64,000 bases of DNA from Gemmatimonadales bacterium (lineage in GTDB: Bacteria; Gemmatimonadota; Gemmatimonadetes; Gemmatimonadales; GWC2-71-9): contig JBBCJC010000001.1 in the NCBI GenBank assembly GCA_037189525.1, positions 480,001-544,000 on the forward strand, written 5' to 3'. Of this stretch, positions 19,109 through 30,066 are shown one piece after another. Made by a program: the position numbers and the translations under genes. The notes under the pieces were generated by a model. It ran no database searches. It was not told where the DNA came from and worked only from the letters and a program-made list of their open reading frames with translations. The first letter of the stretch is position 1, and every line of letters begins with the position of its first letter.

Positions 19109-19130
19109 AATGTAGCGATCGGGTGTGACA
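19109..19130 (-). promoter_or_regulatory. PafBC-type (-26/-10) promoter motif
   Basis: Minus strand TGTCAC-acccgatcgc-TA-cat-T has the spacing of mycobacterial TGTCGG-N10-TA-N3-T; 64 bp upstream of pafB. Confidence 0.6.
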
Positions 19131-19176
19131 GCGATCCAAGCAACGAAAGACGTGACGGTCTCAAAGGAAGGATCAC

Positions 19177-22100
19177 CTACAGAAGCGGCCATGGATCGGG
19201 TATCTGATCGGAATCCCACGCGATGGCTTTCAGGTTTGGATGTCTTGGCTCATCCATAGCACGACCAATCTCCACTCTACCGAGCTCGATTCTGAGAAGG
19301 ACCTGCCTTGCACTTTCAGTTCGATTAGTGTCATCTAGGACTAAGGATAGCAACCTTTCACGAAGAGCATTAAAGGTACGCGGCACGATGGTATACGCCC
19401 CCCGGTCGCCGTACGGAAGATTTGTCGTCGAGGCCTCCTCCAGCAACTTTGACACCCCATAGGGGATGGGGTTCGGCGCTCGATCCCTGAGCAAGTCGCA
19501 TGCACCCAGAGCGGCGCCATCTCCTCCATGACGAAGGAGGATCCTACCCAAGAGGTCCCGCCCGTGCGGCGTATCGACTTCGTGAGCTTGTTGCGCAATT
19601 GTTGCGAACCGTCCGGGGTCACCGCCAATCATCCGGGCCGCCCCTCGACTGAGAGCGTCGTAGTAGTCATTCGTGCCGAGCGAGGTGCCTCCTTCGTCGC
19701 ATGCAACCTCGACTTCAGCTAGTACACATTGCCACCCTAAAGCGGATCTACTAACTGAAATCGCCTCGACGATGTTCGGCGCAAACCACGCCTTTCGCGA
19801 CGTTCTCCCGAGGATCTCCACCAACAACGACACCGCAGACTCCGCTCGGCACTGGCCAAGAATCCCGACAATGTCTCGAATATTGGTACCAACACGCTGT
19901 AAGTTTAGTCCGCGAATCATCGTTACGCCCGAGTCCGGGTCGTCTGACAAGAGCTGAACTGTCAAGCAGCGAACACCAAACCACCAGGGATCAGCACTTG
20001 AGCTTACTTGATCGATGCCAATTCGCCTGATAAGCCGGCCAACAAACTCTGTCGTTTCCTCAGCTGGCAGCCTGAACCCTTCTTGGAGCATTGTGACAAG
20101 GCCGTCAACTACACCCCACTCGCAACCGTCCACCGCACCGCATCGAAACAGCACCGGCAAGGCAGCCGCATGACGCATCCTTCCTAAGGCTCGGGCGCCC
20201 TCGCCCAGCCCATGTGGAAATGGCTCAGTCGCTCCATTTGCTCGCAGATCAAGGTGTTTAGACAAGGCCGTCATGATGAAGGGCGCGAAGGAAGCCGTTC
20301 TAGTGGATTGAACCGTACCATCAGGCATTCTACCCGCGTCCCTTGTCTCCCGCCTGCTGAATGCAAGGTCAAAATCACTTGCTCTGCGAAGCGATTTGTC
20401 TAACCCACCAAGCTCCGGCACCTCAATCGAGGCGAGCGCAGCGCTCGCATCTCCGAAATACTCTGGGTCGTCCAGTAGGCGGACTAAGTGATCAATCGCT
20501 CCTTCAGAGCGAAGCCGACGGAGAGCTCCGCAGTAATAGTTGGTCGTTGAGAAGCGCCCTCGTCCGCTGCCTTGTCGCTCCACGACCGCCTGACATCGAT
20601 CCCTCCTATCCCATTCCACAATCACCGTCTCATCACCGGCCTGACCGCACTCCGCCAACAATGTGGCCAACCTTGCCCGTTGGTGGCGCGGAAGGGAACC
20701 GTCTGCATCGTATCGCTCTCCGATCCCAAGCGTGAGCGCCCTTAGCCCCTTTCGAGTAGTCTCGTCGAGTTCCTCAGCCGCAGCCATCGGACCACTCGGC
20801 CCGACCAATCCCAGGACGAGGTCGATCTCAGCTAGGGCCTTAGGTGCGTTGCCTGGCCCTAAGACTGCGGCGGCCCGAACGGTCAGGGGTTGCTCTCGAA
20901 GCTCATAGAGGAGGCCCTCATCCGGACGACTCCCCGCCTCGTCGTCTGCTCCCACCCCGCTCTCACGGACTTCCCTAATTCGTTGGAAGACAATGCCTGC
21001 AATAGCGGTCGGGGCTATAGCCCACAGTGGGGCAAGCCGCCGATGCACCTCCACCTGGTTCAACTTGGCACTGACTACCTCATGACATATCCCCTGGATG
21101 TCTGACTCATCAATGAACTGTCTGAAGAATGTCCATTGATCGGTTAGATCATCACCCCCACGAATACGATCAATTGCGACCGCTCTCGCCCACTTGGGAT
21201 TCAGTGTTGCCAACGCTTCAAGGGTCGCTCCGCCCCGACGCTCCCCAGGGAACACGCTCGTGTAAGCTTCGAGCTCTGGGCCAAACTCGCGCCCCCCGAG
21301 ATCGAACAAGATCCTCACGAGATCAATCCGACTTGGTACGGATGGTACCCGTGCAACAACCTCCGCAATAGTGGGGCGAAGAGCCTCTAGCTCCTCCATC
21401 GGCAGCCACGCCACCAACCGCCCAGCGCTGGGTAGGTCCCACACATCAGACTCAGGACCTAGAAAAGATGCTGCCAGGCGACCCTCTCCAACAAACGCCA
21501 ACGCTTCGATGGCAGACGCCCTTGCTCCAACGTCCAGCACCCCGCGAATGAACTCGACCAGCTCTGGTAGCTCGGCGGGAACCCCGTGTCGGATCATCTC
21601 ACCCACCAGCAAGCTTCGCGGCGCGGGAGCAGTAAGCCTTAGTTCTTCACCCCAGTCGACGCCTAGCGATCGCAACGAAAGTTGCGGGAAGAGCCTCAAT
21701 GCGCGAAGCTGCACTTGCGGGTCGGGATGGGTAAGCTCCGGCCGCACTACGTCGGCTAGACCTGGCGCGCCGGTAGCGAGCATTCCCGCGAACGCATATT
21801 CCCTTTCTTCGTCTGACGAGCGGCTCCAGATCATACGTAAAAGCATTTCAATTCTCGGCCCAATATTTGACCACACGGCAGTGCCAGCAACCCGCGCGAG
21901 CGATGAAGCCGCAACAAGGTCAACCGTTGCCATCCGATCGATCAGGTCGACAACAATGCTACGGACCGGTCCGCTCCCTGAAGCGTTCCTTGCCCGCTCG
22001 CACAGCAGCAGCAACGCGTCGCCCCACGCCACCGCGTTGACGACCCTCCAAAGAAACTCCGAGCTACTTCCCCCGCCTTGAACACTGGACTGACGAACCA

Positions 22101-23634
22101 GCCAGTGCGACGCAAACCAGGACTGGAGCAACTCGTGGCGGAATCGGACTACATCTGACCCCTCAGTGCCCGGTTGAAGAACGTGATGGCGACGGAGTGC
22201 GGCAAGAACCTCCAAAGCGTCAGGAACTGCTCCGATAAGTGCACGGCCTTGCAGCACAGAGCTTGTTTCCGCTACGACGCTCCGCGCGCGCTCTAGCGAG
22301 AGGCTGGCGCCTCCTTGTTCAGCTATTGCTGCTGCGAGGTCCTCCAAGTAATGCCGATGGTAACCACGGCACACGTCAGCAAGAACGCTTACATGCTCAT
22401 GGCGCTCCTCAAGATTGATGATTGCTCCGAGAAGTTCGTCCGCGGACTTCGGAACGCCGCCTCGCTCAGCAGCAACGCTAATCGCCGCGCGCGCGAAAAG
22501 CGGAAGTCTGGTTAGCGCGTCCACCACATGATCACGATCCAATGCATCTGCCACTGAGTCTGCATTCTCGGTGAGCGACAGACGCGCAAGTCGACGCCGT
22601 TCGCCACGAGTGAGGGGACGGAGCGATAATGTCTCACCCCGCGGAAGGACAGGAGCATCGACAACCTCTCGCGTTGTGATGAGGACTGCAGCGTTATTGA
22701 CTCGACGCAGCAGAGTCCGCAACTGGAGATCAGCCGTGCTGCGCTTCGAATCCCAAATCTCATTCCAACCGTTCAGCAGAATGGCAACGCTGCCGGACGC
22801 ATCCAGCTCGACCAGTTCCTCTTCCGAGATGTCTAGCTCGGCCGAGACGTATTTTGCAATTGTGGCTTCCCCTGCGCTCCATTCGGCCAAAGATATGGCC
22901 ACCGGAACTGGCCCATCGGTGAGGTTCAGGATTTCGTCCAAAAGTCGTGCGAGTAGGGTTGTCTTCCCTGCTCCGCCGGGCCCAGTAACAACTAGCTGGC
23001 GGCCAACACGAATCGCAGCGGCCAATTCCGCCACTCCAAGACTTCGGCGTTCCGAGTCTGGGGACGTGATCTCACAGTTGCCGTCAATTGATCGCGGACC
23101 GTCATAGCCAACCGATTTTTGCCAGCGGCGGATACGATCTCCAGCGAGAGTACGGACGCGCTCGATTAGGGGAGTCTTAACTTCTCCTAGCTCAAGGTAG
23201 CGAGTGCCAATCCAAGCGTTGGCAGGCCGCTGCAACTCTGTCACCAAGCCCTCTCGACTGATAACCTCGAGGTCGTGCCCTAGCTCATCGCTTATTTCCT
23301 TCTTCCAGTTGTCAACTTTCAAGCGTTGCACTGGTTTTGCAGTAACAAAAACGACGATGTCTGGATTTACACCTCGCTCTCGAATTCTGCGGCAGTCATT
23401 CCTGACCTTGGTTAGCGTCGCCGTCAACGAGCAGGCGAGCGACACGCGCTTGCCAGCTTCGCCGACCAGCAAAGTAAAGCCATCCTCACCTCCATCGTGT
23501 TGCCATTCAGGCATCACAAGGCCGGGGAAGAGCCCCTTCGCAACCTGGAACGCCAACAGCTGAAAGTCGTTTGCGCGCCCGCGCTCCACAAGAAGGTCGA
23601 GGGCCGCAACGATCTCTTCGCGGCTATGCATCAT
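19177..23634 (-). CDS. NACHT/STAND NTPase with N-terminal restriction-endonuclease-like domain and helical-repeat C-terminus (NLR/Avs-like)
   Basis: N-terminal F..LA...DGGEDG...ACS; Walker A GPGGAGKTT; Walker B-like ILLNGWNE; LITTR; RFRHELLQSWFA. Confidence 0.8.
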   Translation of the reverse strand: MMHSREEIVAALDLLVERGRANDFQLLAFQVAKGLFPGLVMPEWQHDGGEDGFTLLVGEAGKRVSLACSLTATLTKVRNDCRRIRERGVNPDIVVFVTAKPVQRLKVDNWKKEISDELGHDLEVISREGLVTELQRPANAWIGTRYLELGEVKTPLIERVRTLAGDRIRRWQKSVGYDGPRSIDGNCEITSPDSERRSLGVAELAAAIRVGRQLVVTGPGGAGKTTLLARLLDEILNLTDGPVPVAISLAEWSAGEATIAKYVSAELDISEEELVELDASGSVAILLNGWNEIWDSKRSTADLQLRTLLRRVNNAAVLITTREVVDAPVLPRGETLSLRPLTRGERRRLARLSLTENADSVADALDRDHVVDALTRLPLFARAAISVAAERGGVPKSADELLGAIINLEERHEHVSVLADVCRGYHRHYLEDLAAAIAEQGGASLSLERARSVVAETSSVLQGRALIGAVPDALEVLAALRRHHVLQPGTEGSDVVRFRHELLQSWFASHWLVRQSSVQGGGSSSEFLWRVVNAVAWGDALLLLCERARNASGSGPVRSIVVDLIDRMATVDLVAASSLARVAGTAVWSNIGPRIEMLLRMIWSRSSDEEREYAFAGMLATGAPGLADVVRPELTHPDPQVQLRALRLFPQLSLRSLGVDWGEELRLTAPAPRSLLVGEMIRHGVPAELPELVEFIRGVLDVGARASAIEALAFVGEGRLAASFLGPESDVWDLPSAGRLVAWLPMEELEALRPTIAEVVARVPSVPSRIDLVRILFDLGGREFGPELEAYTSVFPGERRGGATLEALATLNPKWARAVAIDRIRGGDDLTDQWTFFRQFIDESDIQGICHEVVSAKLNQVEVHRRLAPLWAIAPTAIAGIVFQRIREVRESGVGADDEAGSRPDEGLLYELREQPLTVRAAAVLGPGNAPKALAEIDLVLGLVGPSGPMAAAEELDETTRKGLRALTLGIGERYDADGSLPRHQRARLATLLAECGQAGDETVIVEWDRRDRCQAVVERQGSGRGRFSTTNYYCGALRRLRSEGAIDHLVRLLDDPEYFGDASAALASIEVPELGGLDKSLRRASDFDLAFSRRETRDAGRMPDGTVQSTRTASFAPFIMTALSKHLDLRANGATEPFPHGLGEGARALGRMRHAAALPVLFRCGAVDGCEWGVVDGLVTMLQEGFRLPAEETTEFVGRLIRRIGIDQVSSSADPWWFGVRCLTVQLLSDDPDSGVTMIRGLNLQRVGTNIRDIVGILGQCRAESAVSLLVEILGRTSRKAWFAPNIVEAISVSRSALGWQCVLAEVEVACDEGGTSLGTNDYYDALSRGAARMIGGDPGRFATIAQQAHEVDTPHGRDLLGRILLRHGGDGAALGACDLLRDRAPNPIPYGVSKLLEEASTTNLPYGDRGAYTIVPRTFNALRERLLSLVLDDTNRTESARQVLLRIELGRVEIGRAMDEPRHPNLKAIAWDSDQIPDPWPLL

Positions 23635-23721
23635 TCTCGGTTAGTACCGACTGGGATCCCTAGGAACCCCAGATTGGCAAACCAAAAGTGAAAAACATCG
23701 CTCCAACCCCGAGCCCGGCAT

Positions 23722-26700
23722 TCAGTCGACTTCAAAGGAGTGAGTCCGGAAGTGCAGAGTACGACTATTCTCAGTTACCGTTCGCATAAGGGCCTCTGAC
23801 GCCCCGTCGGGCATCGCCGCCTCGATCTCAAGCGTAATACGGACCTGCGCCCGGACTAAGCCGTTTAGATGCGCAATCACTTCCTCTGCAACCCGACCAG
23901 CATCCCGGCCGACCCTTTCAGGATCAAGCTCAACTGTACCGTGGAACCGGGTTGGCCTCTTAGCAGACGGGCTCACCTCCACCTCATCGGCGGTGGTAGG
24001 TGGGGTGACGCCAGCCTGCCGAGTTTCAGATGGCTGCGGTGGCTGTCCGGTATCGTGCACGAGGTCCGCACCCATCTGCCTTCTAGCCACTGTTGCCACG
24101 ACGAGCAGCCCAGGATCATCCGGCCGAACCGCGACTTGCCGTCCTGCCTGCAGCCCGCGGTAACGCTCTACCTGCTGATCGAACGATTCGGCATACGCGA
24201 AGCTTTCGCTCCAAGTAATTAGCCCGATTCCAGATGCGATCGCATCCGTTAGAACGTCCGGCCCAGCCAACCTCGGGAGATAGAGATACCTCCCAAAGTC
24301 CTCGATGAGCTGGGAAATCGAAACGTGGTCACCCCGCCAGAGAGGGATTCGATCCAGCTCCATCCTGAGCCTTACCGCGCCCAAATTCGTGATCAGGTGC
24401 TCGCCGCTCTTGAGCTTCTTGCTCGCTCGTACGGCTAACGGCTCTGCTCCCGTGAGCTTGACCGCCTCCCACGCAATCGGATCGGTCGGTTTGGGCTGAA
24501 CAGGAACGAGCAGCCATTGGTAGGTTTCGGGCAACCGAGCCTTCACCACTGCCTCGGCAGCCTCTGACTGTGCCTTAGCCTGTCGAACTTGATGGGGCGA
24601 AAGCTGAAGCGTCTCTACATCGTCGAGAATCGTCCTCCAGGCAATGCAACGCCGGAGCCCCTCCTCCAGATCCTGCCAGCGAGTGCGGTCGGCGACGAGA
24701 AATACCAACGTGTTCCGATAAAGCCTGGGTGCGTTCCCCCGGGACTCAAAGACCGCCTTGGCAGCGATTTCCGCCGGCGTGTTACCATCTTTGGCGTACC
24801 ATTGTTCGGGTTCGAGTACTACAAGTCCCACCTCAAAGTCGTCGGCGACATCGTGGCCGGACTTGGGTAGTCGATGCACACGAGCGAAGTCGCCGGTCTG
24901 CTGAAGATCTCTGCGGAGCCAACTTTCGAGCTCCAAATGAACTTTGTCAGCATCTCGTTTCAGCTGCTCTGCCCGGTCCTCAGCCACCTTAGCAACCGTT
25001 GGCTGTACCGAGTACCAGAACCGCGGTTTGTCCTCATATAGGTAGGTCGCGGCGGCCGCAAGTCGGCGAAGGGCATCACCGAAGACGGCTGGTTGCTCAC
25101 CCGGAATCACACAACCGAGTTTGATCCAGCGATCTTCGATTCCTTTATTGGCCGCTCCTGCGGTCGGGGCGGAGCCCAAGTAAATCGTTCGGGCCACCCG
25201 GCGAGTCGCGTGGTACTTACCGAGGTTAGGAACCTCGCTGTCGATGCGGAGCGGCACCGACTGCGGTCCATCGACATCCTTTTCGATGATCGGGGCCCAG
25301 TTATCAGATAGATAGCGGGTCAGCTCAGATTGCACTCGCGGATCGTCGATCGAGAGGTGACAGGGCAGAACCATGGGGTTCCGATCGCTCTTCTCCCACA
25401 GGCTATGAATGACGGCCGCCATCAGCCTGAGTACACCCCGGGTGCGCTGAAACTTCACCAGCGTGCTCCAATCACCATACAGCCGGTCAAACACCTCGGG
25501 GTGAATCGGATACGCGTCCTTCAGACGTTTGTGGTACGCCTCTTTGCCGCATTCGGCCGGGAACTCTCCAGGCTGAGTACGGTAGAGGTCGTAGAAGGCC
25601 CGAGTAACGTTGTCTCGCTCGGTAAACTGCCTCCGTTCGAGGAGTGGCTCGAATAGTCGGCGGCGGACGATCTCGAATCCTTCCTCAGCGGTCGCCGGGC
25701 GCCACGACGACTCTACTCGGCCAACAACATTGCGGAGGCGCTCAAGCGCTTCTCGACCGCGCTGCCCACCTACCTCAACATCACTAGTTGCCTGGGTATG
25801 AGGTGAACCAGCTGTATCAGACGCGGGCAGCGAAATGACCAGCAGGCAATTCTTCGCGAGCTTGGCCGACTCCGTGAGCGCCTGGGCAAAACTGAACTGG
25901 GTTTCAAAGGTCCCGCCCGGCAGGTCGCTTTGATCATGCAATTGCCGTGCATAGGCGACCCATTCATCGATCAGGATCAAGCATGGACCATACTCATTGA
26001 ACAGTTCCCGGAGCATATCACCGGGACTCGTACCGCGTTCGTCATCGGCCTGCACTCGTTTGAACGCATCCTTACCACCTAACTGCCACGCCAGCTCGCC
26101 CCAAAGAGTTCGGACCACGGTACCGTCAGACTTGGTACTTGGATTTCCTGGGGAGATCTTGTTGCCCACCAAGACCACTCGTTTCGCCTTGATCGGCGCC
26201 GATGCTTCAGCGGCCTCGAGAACCGGCTCGAGTCCGGGGAACTCGGTGAGAGGGCGACCAGAGCACAGATGGTAGAGGGCCAACATCGAGTGCGTCTTAC
26301 CACCGCCGAAGTTTGTCTGGAGCTGCACAACGGGATCACCGCCCGCGCCAGTGAGCCGGCGAACTCCTCCCTCCAGAAGCCCATGCAGACTCTGAGTCAG
26401 ATACGTTCGCCGGAAGAACTCGACCGGATCCCGATACTCGTCGGTTCCTTCGCCGAGGTGGACCTGCCAGAGATCGGCCGCGAACTCGGCCTGCTGGTAT
26501 CGTCCACTCGCGACATCCCGATGAGGAGAGACGACCTCACGCCATGGTGTGAGGTTGTTTGCAGCCTGGCTTTCGATCGGCACCGAGGCGCTCTTCCGTC
26601 GCTCGCTCCTGGCCTGCTCGTCGAAATTGACCCGACGCAACTCAAGCTTAGCCTTGCGAACCTCGTCGGCCTGCTCCGCGGAAACTGCGGTCAGCAATCG

Positions 26701-27048
26701 CTCCGCCGAATCCAATGCCCGATCTGTGTCGTCACCGGAGAACTTGGCCTGATGGGCCCACCGGTTCCGAAACTCAATCAGTTCCAGCACGAGCGTCCGT
26801 TCCGGTCGGCCCAAGATGTCGGCAAAGACACGGCCCCAGACCTTGTCCATGACCGTGAGGATGATGGCAACATCGTCAAGGTTGGCAGCCTTCGCCGCAC
26901 CTGGACGCCGATCGCTCAGAGCCGCCTTCACTTCGGACTCCCACTGAGCCCCGAGCTTCGCTTTGAGTTCCCGCTCAACAAACGGGCGCAGCCCGTCTTT
27001 CAGAAGTTCGAGGACCTTGGTAACGCGTTCCTGATTCGTGATCGCCAT
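23722..27048 (-). CDS. DUF499 AAA+ ATPase with N-terminal Swt1-like HEPN domain
   Basis: RNRWAH (RxxxxH), LQTNFGGGKTHS, LILIDE, YPIHP, FQRTRGVLRL. Confidence 0.9.
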   Translation of the reverse strand: MAITNQERVTKVLELLKDGLRPFVERELKAKLGAQWESEVKAALSDRRPGAAKAANLDDVAIILTVMDKVWGRVFADILGRPERTLVLELIEFRNRWAHQAKFSGDDTDRALDSAERLLTAVSAEQADEVRKAKLELRRVNFDEQARSERRKSASVPIESQAANNLTPWREVVSPHRDVASGRYQQAEFAADLWQVHLGEGTDEYRDPVEFFRRTYLTQSLHGLLEGGVRRLTGAGGDPVVQLQTNFGGGKTHSMLALYHLCSGRPLTEFPGLEPVLEAAEASAPIKAKRVVLVGNKISPGNPSTKSDGTVVRTLWGELAWQLGGKDAFKRVQADDERGTSPGDMLRELFNEYGPCLILIDEWVAYARQLHDQSDLPGGTFETQFSFAQALTESAKLAKNCLLVISLPASDTAGSPHTQATSDVEVGGQRGREALERLRNVVGRVESSWRPATAEEGFEIVRRRLFEPLLERRQFTERDNVTRAFYDLYRTQPGEFPAECGKEAYHKRLKDAYPIHPEVFDRLYGDWSTLVKFQRTRGVLRLMAAVIHSLWEKSDRNPMVLPCHLSIDDPRVQSELTRYLSDNWAPIIEKDVDGPQSVPLRIDSEVPNLGKYHATRRVARTIYLGSAPTAGAANKGIEDRWIKLGCVIPGEQPAVFGDALRRLAAAATYLYEDKPRFWYSVQPTVAKVAEDRAEQLKRDADKVHLELESWLRRDLQQTGDFARVHRLPKSGHDVADDFEVGLVVLEPEQWYAKDGNTPAEIAAKAVFESRGNAPRLYRNTLVFLVADRTRWQDLEEGLRRCIAWRTILDDVETLQLSPHQVRQAKAQSEAAEAVVKARLPETYQWLLVPVQPKPTDPIAWEAVKLTGAEPLAVRASKKLKSGEHLITNLGAVRLRMELDRIPLWRGDHVSISQLIEDFGRYLYLPRLAGPDVLTDAIASGIGLITWSESFAYAESFDQQVERYRGLQAGRQVAVRPDDPGLLVVATVARRQMGADLVHDTGQPPQPSETRQAGVTPPTTADEVEVSPSAKRPTRFHGTVELDPERVGRDAGRVAEEVIAHLNGLVRAQVRITLEIEAAMPDGASEALMRTVTENSRTLHFRTHSFEVD

Positions 27049-27051
27049 CGG

Positions 27052-30000
27052 CTACTGCTCCGGAGCCGTGAGGAGGTCGACTTGCTCTTCCTTTGCCTTC
27101 CCACCCTCGCGGGCGAGCCGCACGATCTCAGGCCAGCTCTGCACCAAGCCGTTGTAGGCGAGTGCCTCAGACGCGCGCTTCTTGCGCTCACACAGGGTGT
27201 ACAGGCGGTAGGCCAGCTCGCGGGCTATCTCGGCCTTGGCGCCGAGCTTAGCAACGAGCCCAGCCGCCGCGGCCTCGCCGCCGCCCGCGAGCATACGGAT
27301 CAAGTGGTGAACGATCTCCCACGCGGAGAGGCGCGGATCTGCAGCGGGGTCCCAGTCGGCGGGCAACTCTTCTGGTTTGAACAGCCGCACCTTGCCGCGC
27401 TTCGATTCGATGATGCCGGCCTCGACCATCCCGGCGACGCTTGTGACTTTGGACTTGGAAAGCTGCTCGGCCTTGCCGTACTCGCCCTCGTCGAAGCCCG
27501 ACTCCTCGAACCAGGTAAGTGCCCAGCGGCTGTCCGCATCGAAGTCGCCTTCCTGCTCAACCAGCGCCTCGTCGAGGGTCTGGTTGATGAGGGCCAGCGC
27601 CTCGCGCACGCTGAGCGGTTTGCCCTCGGCATCAAGTACCTTGGCGTAGCGTGTGTAAACCGCCATACCCGGCCCGATGGCCGCTTGTGCTAGATCCACC
27701 GGCGCGATATTGCCGCGCTGGAGGTGGGCGAGCGCCTGAGGCAGGTCGGCCTTAAGTGCAGTGACAAACTCGCGGCGGGTGGAGACCGGGGCATCGGCGA
27801 CACGCCGCCGGCACACGAGGATGATGCTTGAGGCGAGCGCGCCAATGGACTTCTTGAGATTTGCTGTCAACTCCGTTCTCATAGGCCACGTACCACTAAT
27901 GGCAAATCCAGCCTCGATGACTGCAGCCAGAAAGGTGTCCCATCCTGTGTTTGTTATCCCATCATCGGCGTCGCTCTCCGACTGCTTGAATGCGTAGTAA
28001 ATGGTGACAGGAAAGGCTGGATGAGCTTGCTCACCTAGACGGCGCATCGCCTGGGTCATGCCTGCGAGAAAGAACAACTCCGCCTTATCTTTGCCACCGT
28101 GACGGTGGGGAGCGGCGATCAACTCCTCGGCCTTCGGCACGGCGAGTGTTGGGAATAGTTCCGGAAAAACAGGCCGAAGCGAACGGCGTAGCCATACATA
28201 GAAGTAGTCTGATAGGTCCGCATAGCCGATATTGTCATAATAAGGTGGATCAGATGATACCACCCGATTGATGGACAATCGTGATGTAGCCGCGTCCTGC
28301 TGGAACGCCGCACCCTCGGAAGGTAAAGGGGGAAGCCTCTCGAGTACCTTGCCGACGGCATGGGATGTGATGCTAAACCCTCCTCCGGCTTCTGATAAGG
28401 GGTTGGCCTCAGCGTAATCCCACACCATCGGGATCGCTTGTCGCGCGAAGCCCTGAGTCAGGCGATCTGGATCCTTCTGCCAAGTCGCCTGTGTTGTGTT
28501 CGTAAGCGTGGCCTTGTCATGACAAAACGCGAGGTAAGTTGCAACGGCGTCCCCGTACGCGGCACCGCCAGCGCGCAGAACCTTCGGGTTGTCAGGGAAG
28601 CCCGCTTGGAGAGCGTCGCGCTCTACTTGTTCGCGCGCTTCCTGCACTAGGTCGGAGAAGGTTGTGAGTGCAACGAGCTGGCGCGCAGTAAATAGATCTC
28701 CGAGATTGTCCATTCCATAGACGGGCGGTTGGAAGTTCCGATGCTTCTTAGGCATCTCGCAGTCTGGCTTCCACTTTGGTGTGGCTTTGATAGCAACGGC
28801 TTCATGCTCTGGAGTTGGGGAAAGATAGAGTCGACCGCGATCCCCTTCAGTTACAACTGCCATCAAGCGCGCGCCCATACGCCCAGCTTTTCCCTCGGCA
28901 CGGATGTAGTCGTATCCTACCGGGACACCTGACATCAGGCAGCTGAAGGCCTTCCGCTTACCTGCGGACGTGCCGTCCTTCAATCCCGCGTTCTTCGGTA
29001 ATCCCACTTTAACCGTGAAATGATAGCTGCCGTTCTCAATCACCGGGTCCACGTACGCTTCCTTACCCACCTTGGTAGAAAGCATGAAGGTGGAGGCGAG
29101 CGGCACATCCACATCAGCGAAGGCCGGGTTCGGGCTCTTCACCGTGCGCGCCCAGAGCCAGGCAATCACGGTGAGCTTGCGCCCGACGTAGGGCTTCAGG
29201 TCTGGCCGCGTCTTCGCCATCTCCGCAGTGACCTCGACCTTCGGATACAGGTGCCCGATCCGCTTCTCAGCCTCGTCGCGCATCCATTGCCCGTAATAGC
29301 GCACGTCGTCGGCAAGACCTTGTGCGCCCTTCCACTCCCGAGCAATGAGCGACTTCTCTTTGCGCGCCTCGGGGTTTACCGGCGGCTTGCCCGCGAACTT
29401 CGGCGGGATCTCGATCATTGCCTTATTAATCAGCACTGCCACCGGATTCAGGTCGCTGGCGTAGCTCTCCAGGCCGAGCCGCTGCGCTTCGAGGGGCAGC
29501 GCACCGCCCCCAGCGAACGGATCGTGAAACGCAGGGAGCTTGTGCCGATCGAACAGCTCCTTCGCTTGCGGATGATCTGCATTGTCCGCGCAGGCGCGCC
29601 GCCAGCTCGCCCAGATCTCGTCGCGTGCAGCCTGCAGCACTGTCTCGTTGGTCGTGTTCTCCCACAGGACCAGATCTTCGATGATGCGAAAGAGCCGCTG
29701 GCGCTCGATGTCGGCCAGTATGTCGTCCAGCGTGGGCTGCGGTCCGGGCTCCGGCACGGCGAGGTTGGTGCCCGCTGCCTTCGCGGTGAGTTCGCGGGCT
29801 TCTTCCCACAGCTTCAGGCGGGCCTTGAGCGCTGCCTCAGCCTTCCGCTTGAGCTTCGCGTCCGAGCGCAGCGTGTCCACGTAGGAGGACGGGTCGTCCA
29901 CCATCTGGGCAAAGATCACCGCACGCGCCGCCGCCAACGGCCGCCGCGCCCACCACAGGTGCAGGGTGCTCGGGTGACCGTGGCGAATCGACTTTTCGCG

Positions 30001-30066
30001 CGCAGAAGCTATGTTGATGGCTTCTAGCGGGAGGGCGACCTCGATGAGCTTCTTGCTGGTCTTCAC
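27052..30066 (-). CDS. DUF1156 adenine DNA methyltransferase
   Basis: LIEVALPL...[32 protein letters not shown]. Confidence 0.92.
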   Translation of the reverse strand: MKTSKKLIEVALPLEAINIASAREKSIRHGHPSTLHLWWARRPLAAARAVIFAQMVDDPSSYVDTLRSDAKLKRKAEAALKARLKLWEEARELTAKAAGTNLAVPEPGPQPTLDDILADIERQRLFRIIEDLVLWENTTNETVLQAARDEIWASWRRACADNADHPQAKELFDRHKLPAFHDPFAGGGALPLEAQRLGLESYASDLNPVAVLINKAMIEIPPKFAGKPPVNPEARKEKSLIAREWKGAQGLADDVRYYGQWMRDEAEKRIGHLYPKVEVTAEMAKTRPDLKPYVGRKLTVIAWLWARTVKSPNPAFADVDVPLASTFMLSTKVGKEAYVDPVIENGSYHFTVKVGLPKNAGLKDGTSAGKRKAFSCLMSGVPVGYDYIRAEGKAGRMGARLMAVVTEGDRGRLYLSPTPEHEAVAIKATPKWKPDCEMPKKHRNFQPPVYGMDNLGDLFTARQLVALTTFSDLVQEAREQVERDALQAGFPDNPKVLRAGGAAYGDAVATYLAFCHDKATLTNTTQATWQKDPDRLTQGFARQAIPMVWDYAEANPLSEAGGGFSITSHAVGKVLERLPPLPSEGAAFQQDAATSRLSINRVVSSDPPYYDNIGYADLSDYFYVWLRRSLRPVFPELFPTLAVPKAEELIAAPHRHGGKDKAELFFLAGMTQAMRRLGEQAHPAFPVTIYYAFKQSESDADDGITNTGWDTFLAAVIEAGFAISGTWPMRTELTANLKKSIGALASSIILVCRRRVADAPVSTRREFVTALKADLPQALAHLQRGNIAPVDLAQAAIGPGMAVYTRYAKVLDAEGKPLSVREALALINQTLDEALVEQEGDFDADSRWALTWFEESGFDEGEYGKAEQLSKSKVTSVAGMVEAGIIESKRGKVRLFKPEELPADWDPAADPRLSAWEIVHHLIRMLAGGGEAAAAGLVAKLGAKAEIARELAYRLYTLCERKKRASEALAYNGLVQSWPEIVRLAREGGKAKEEQVDLLTAPEQ

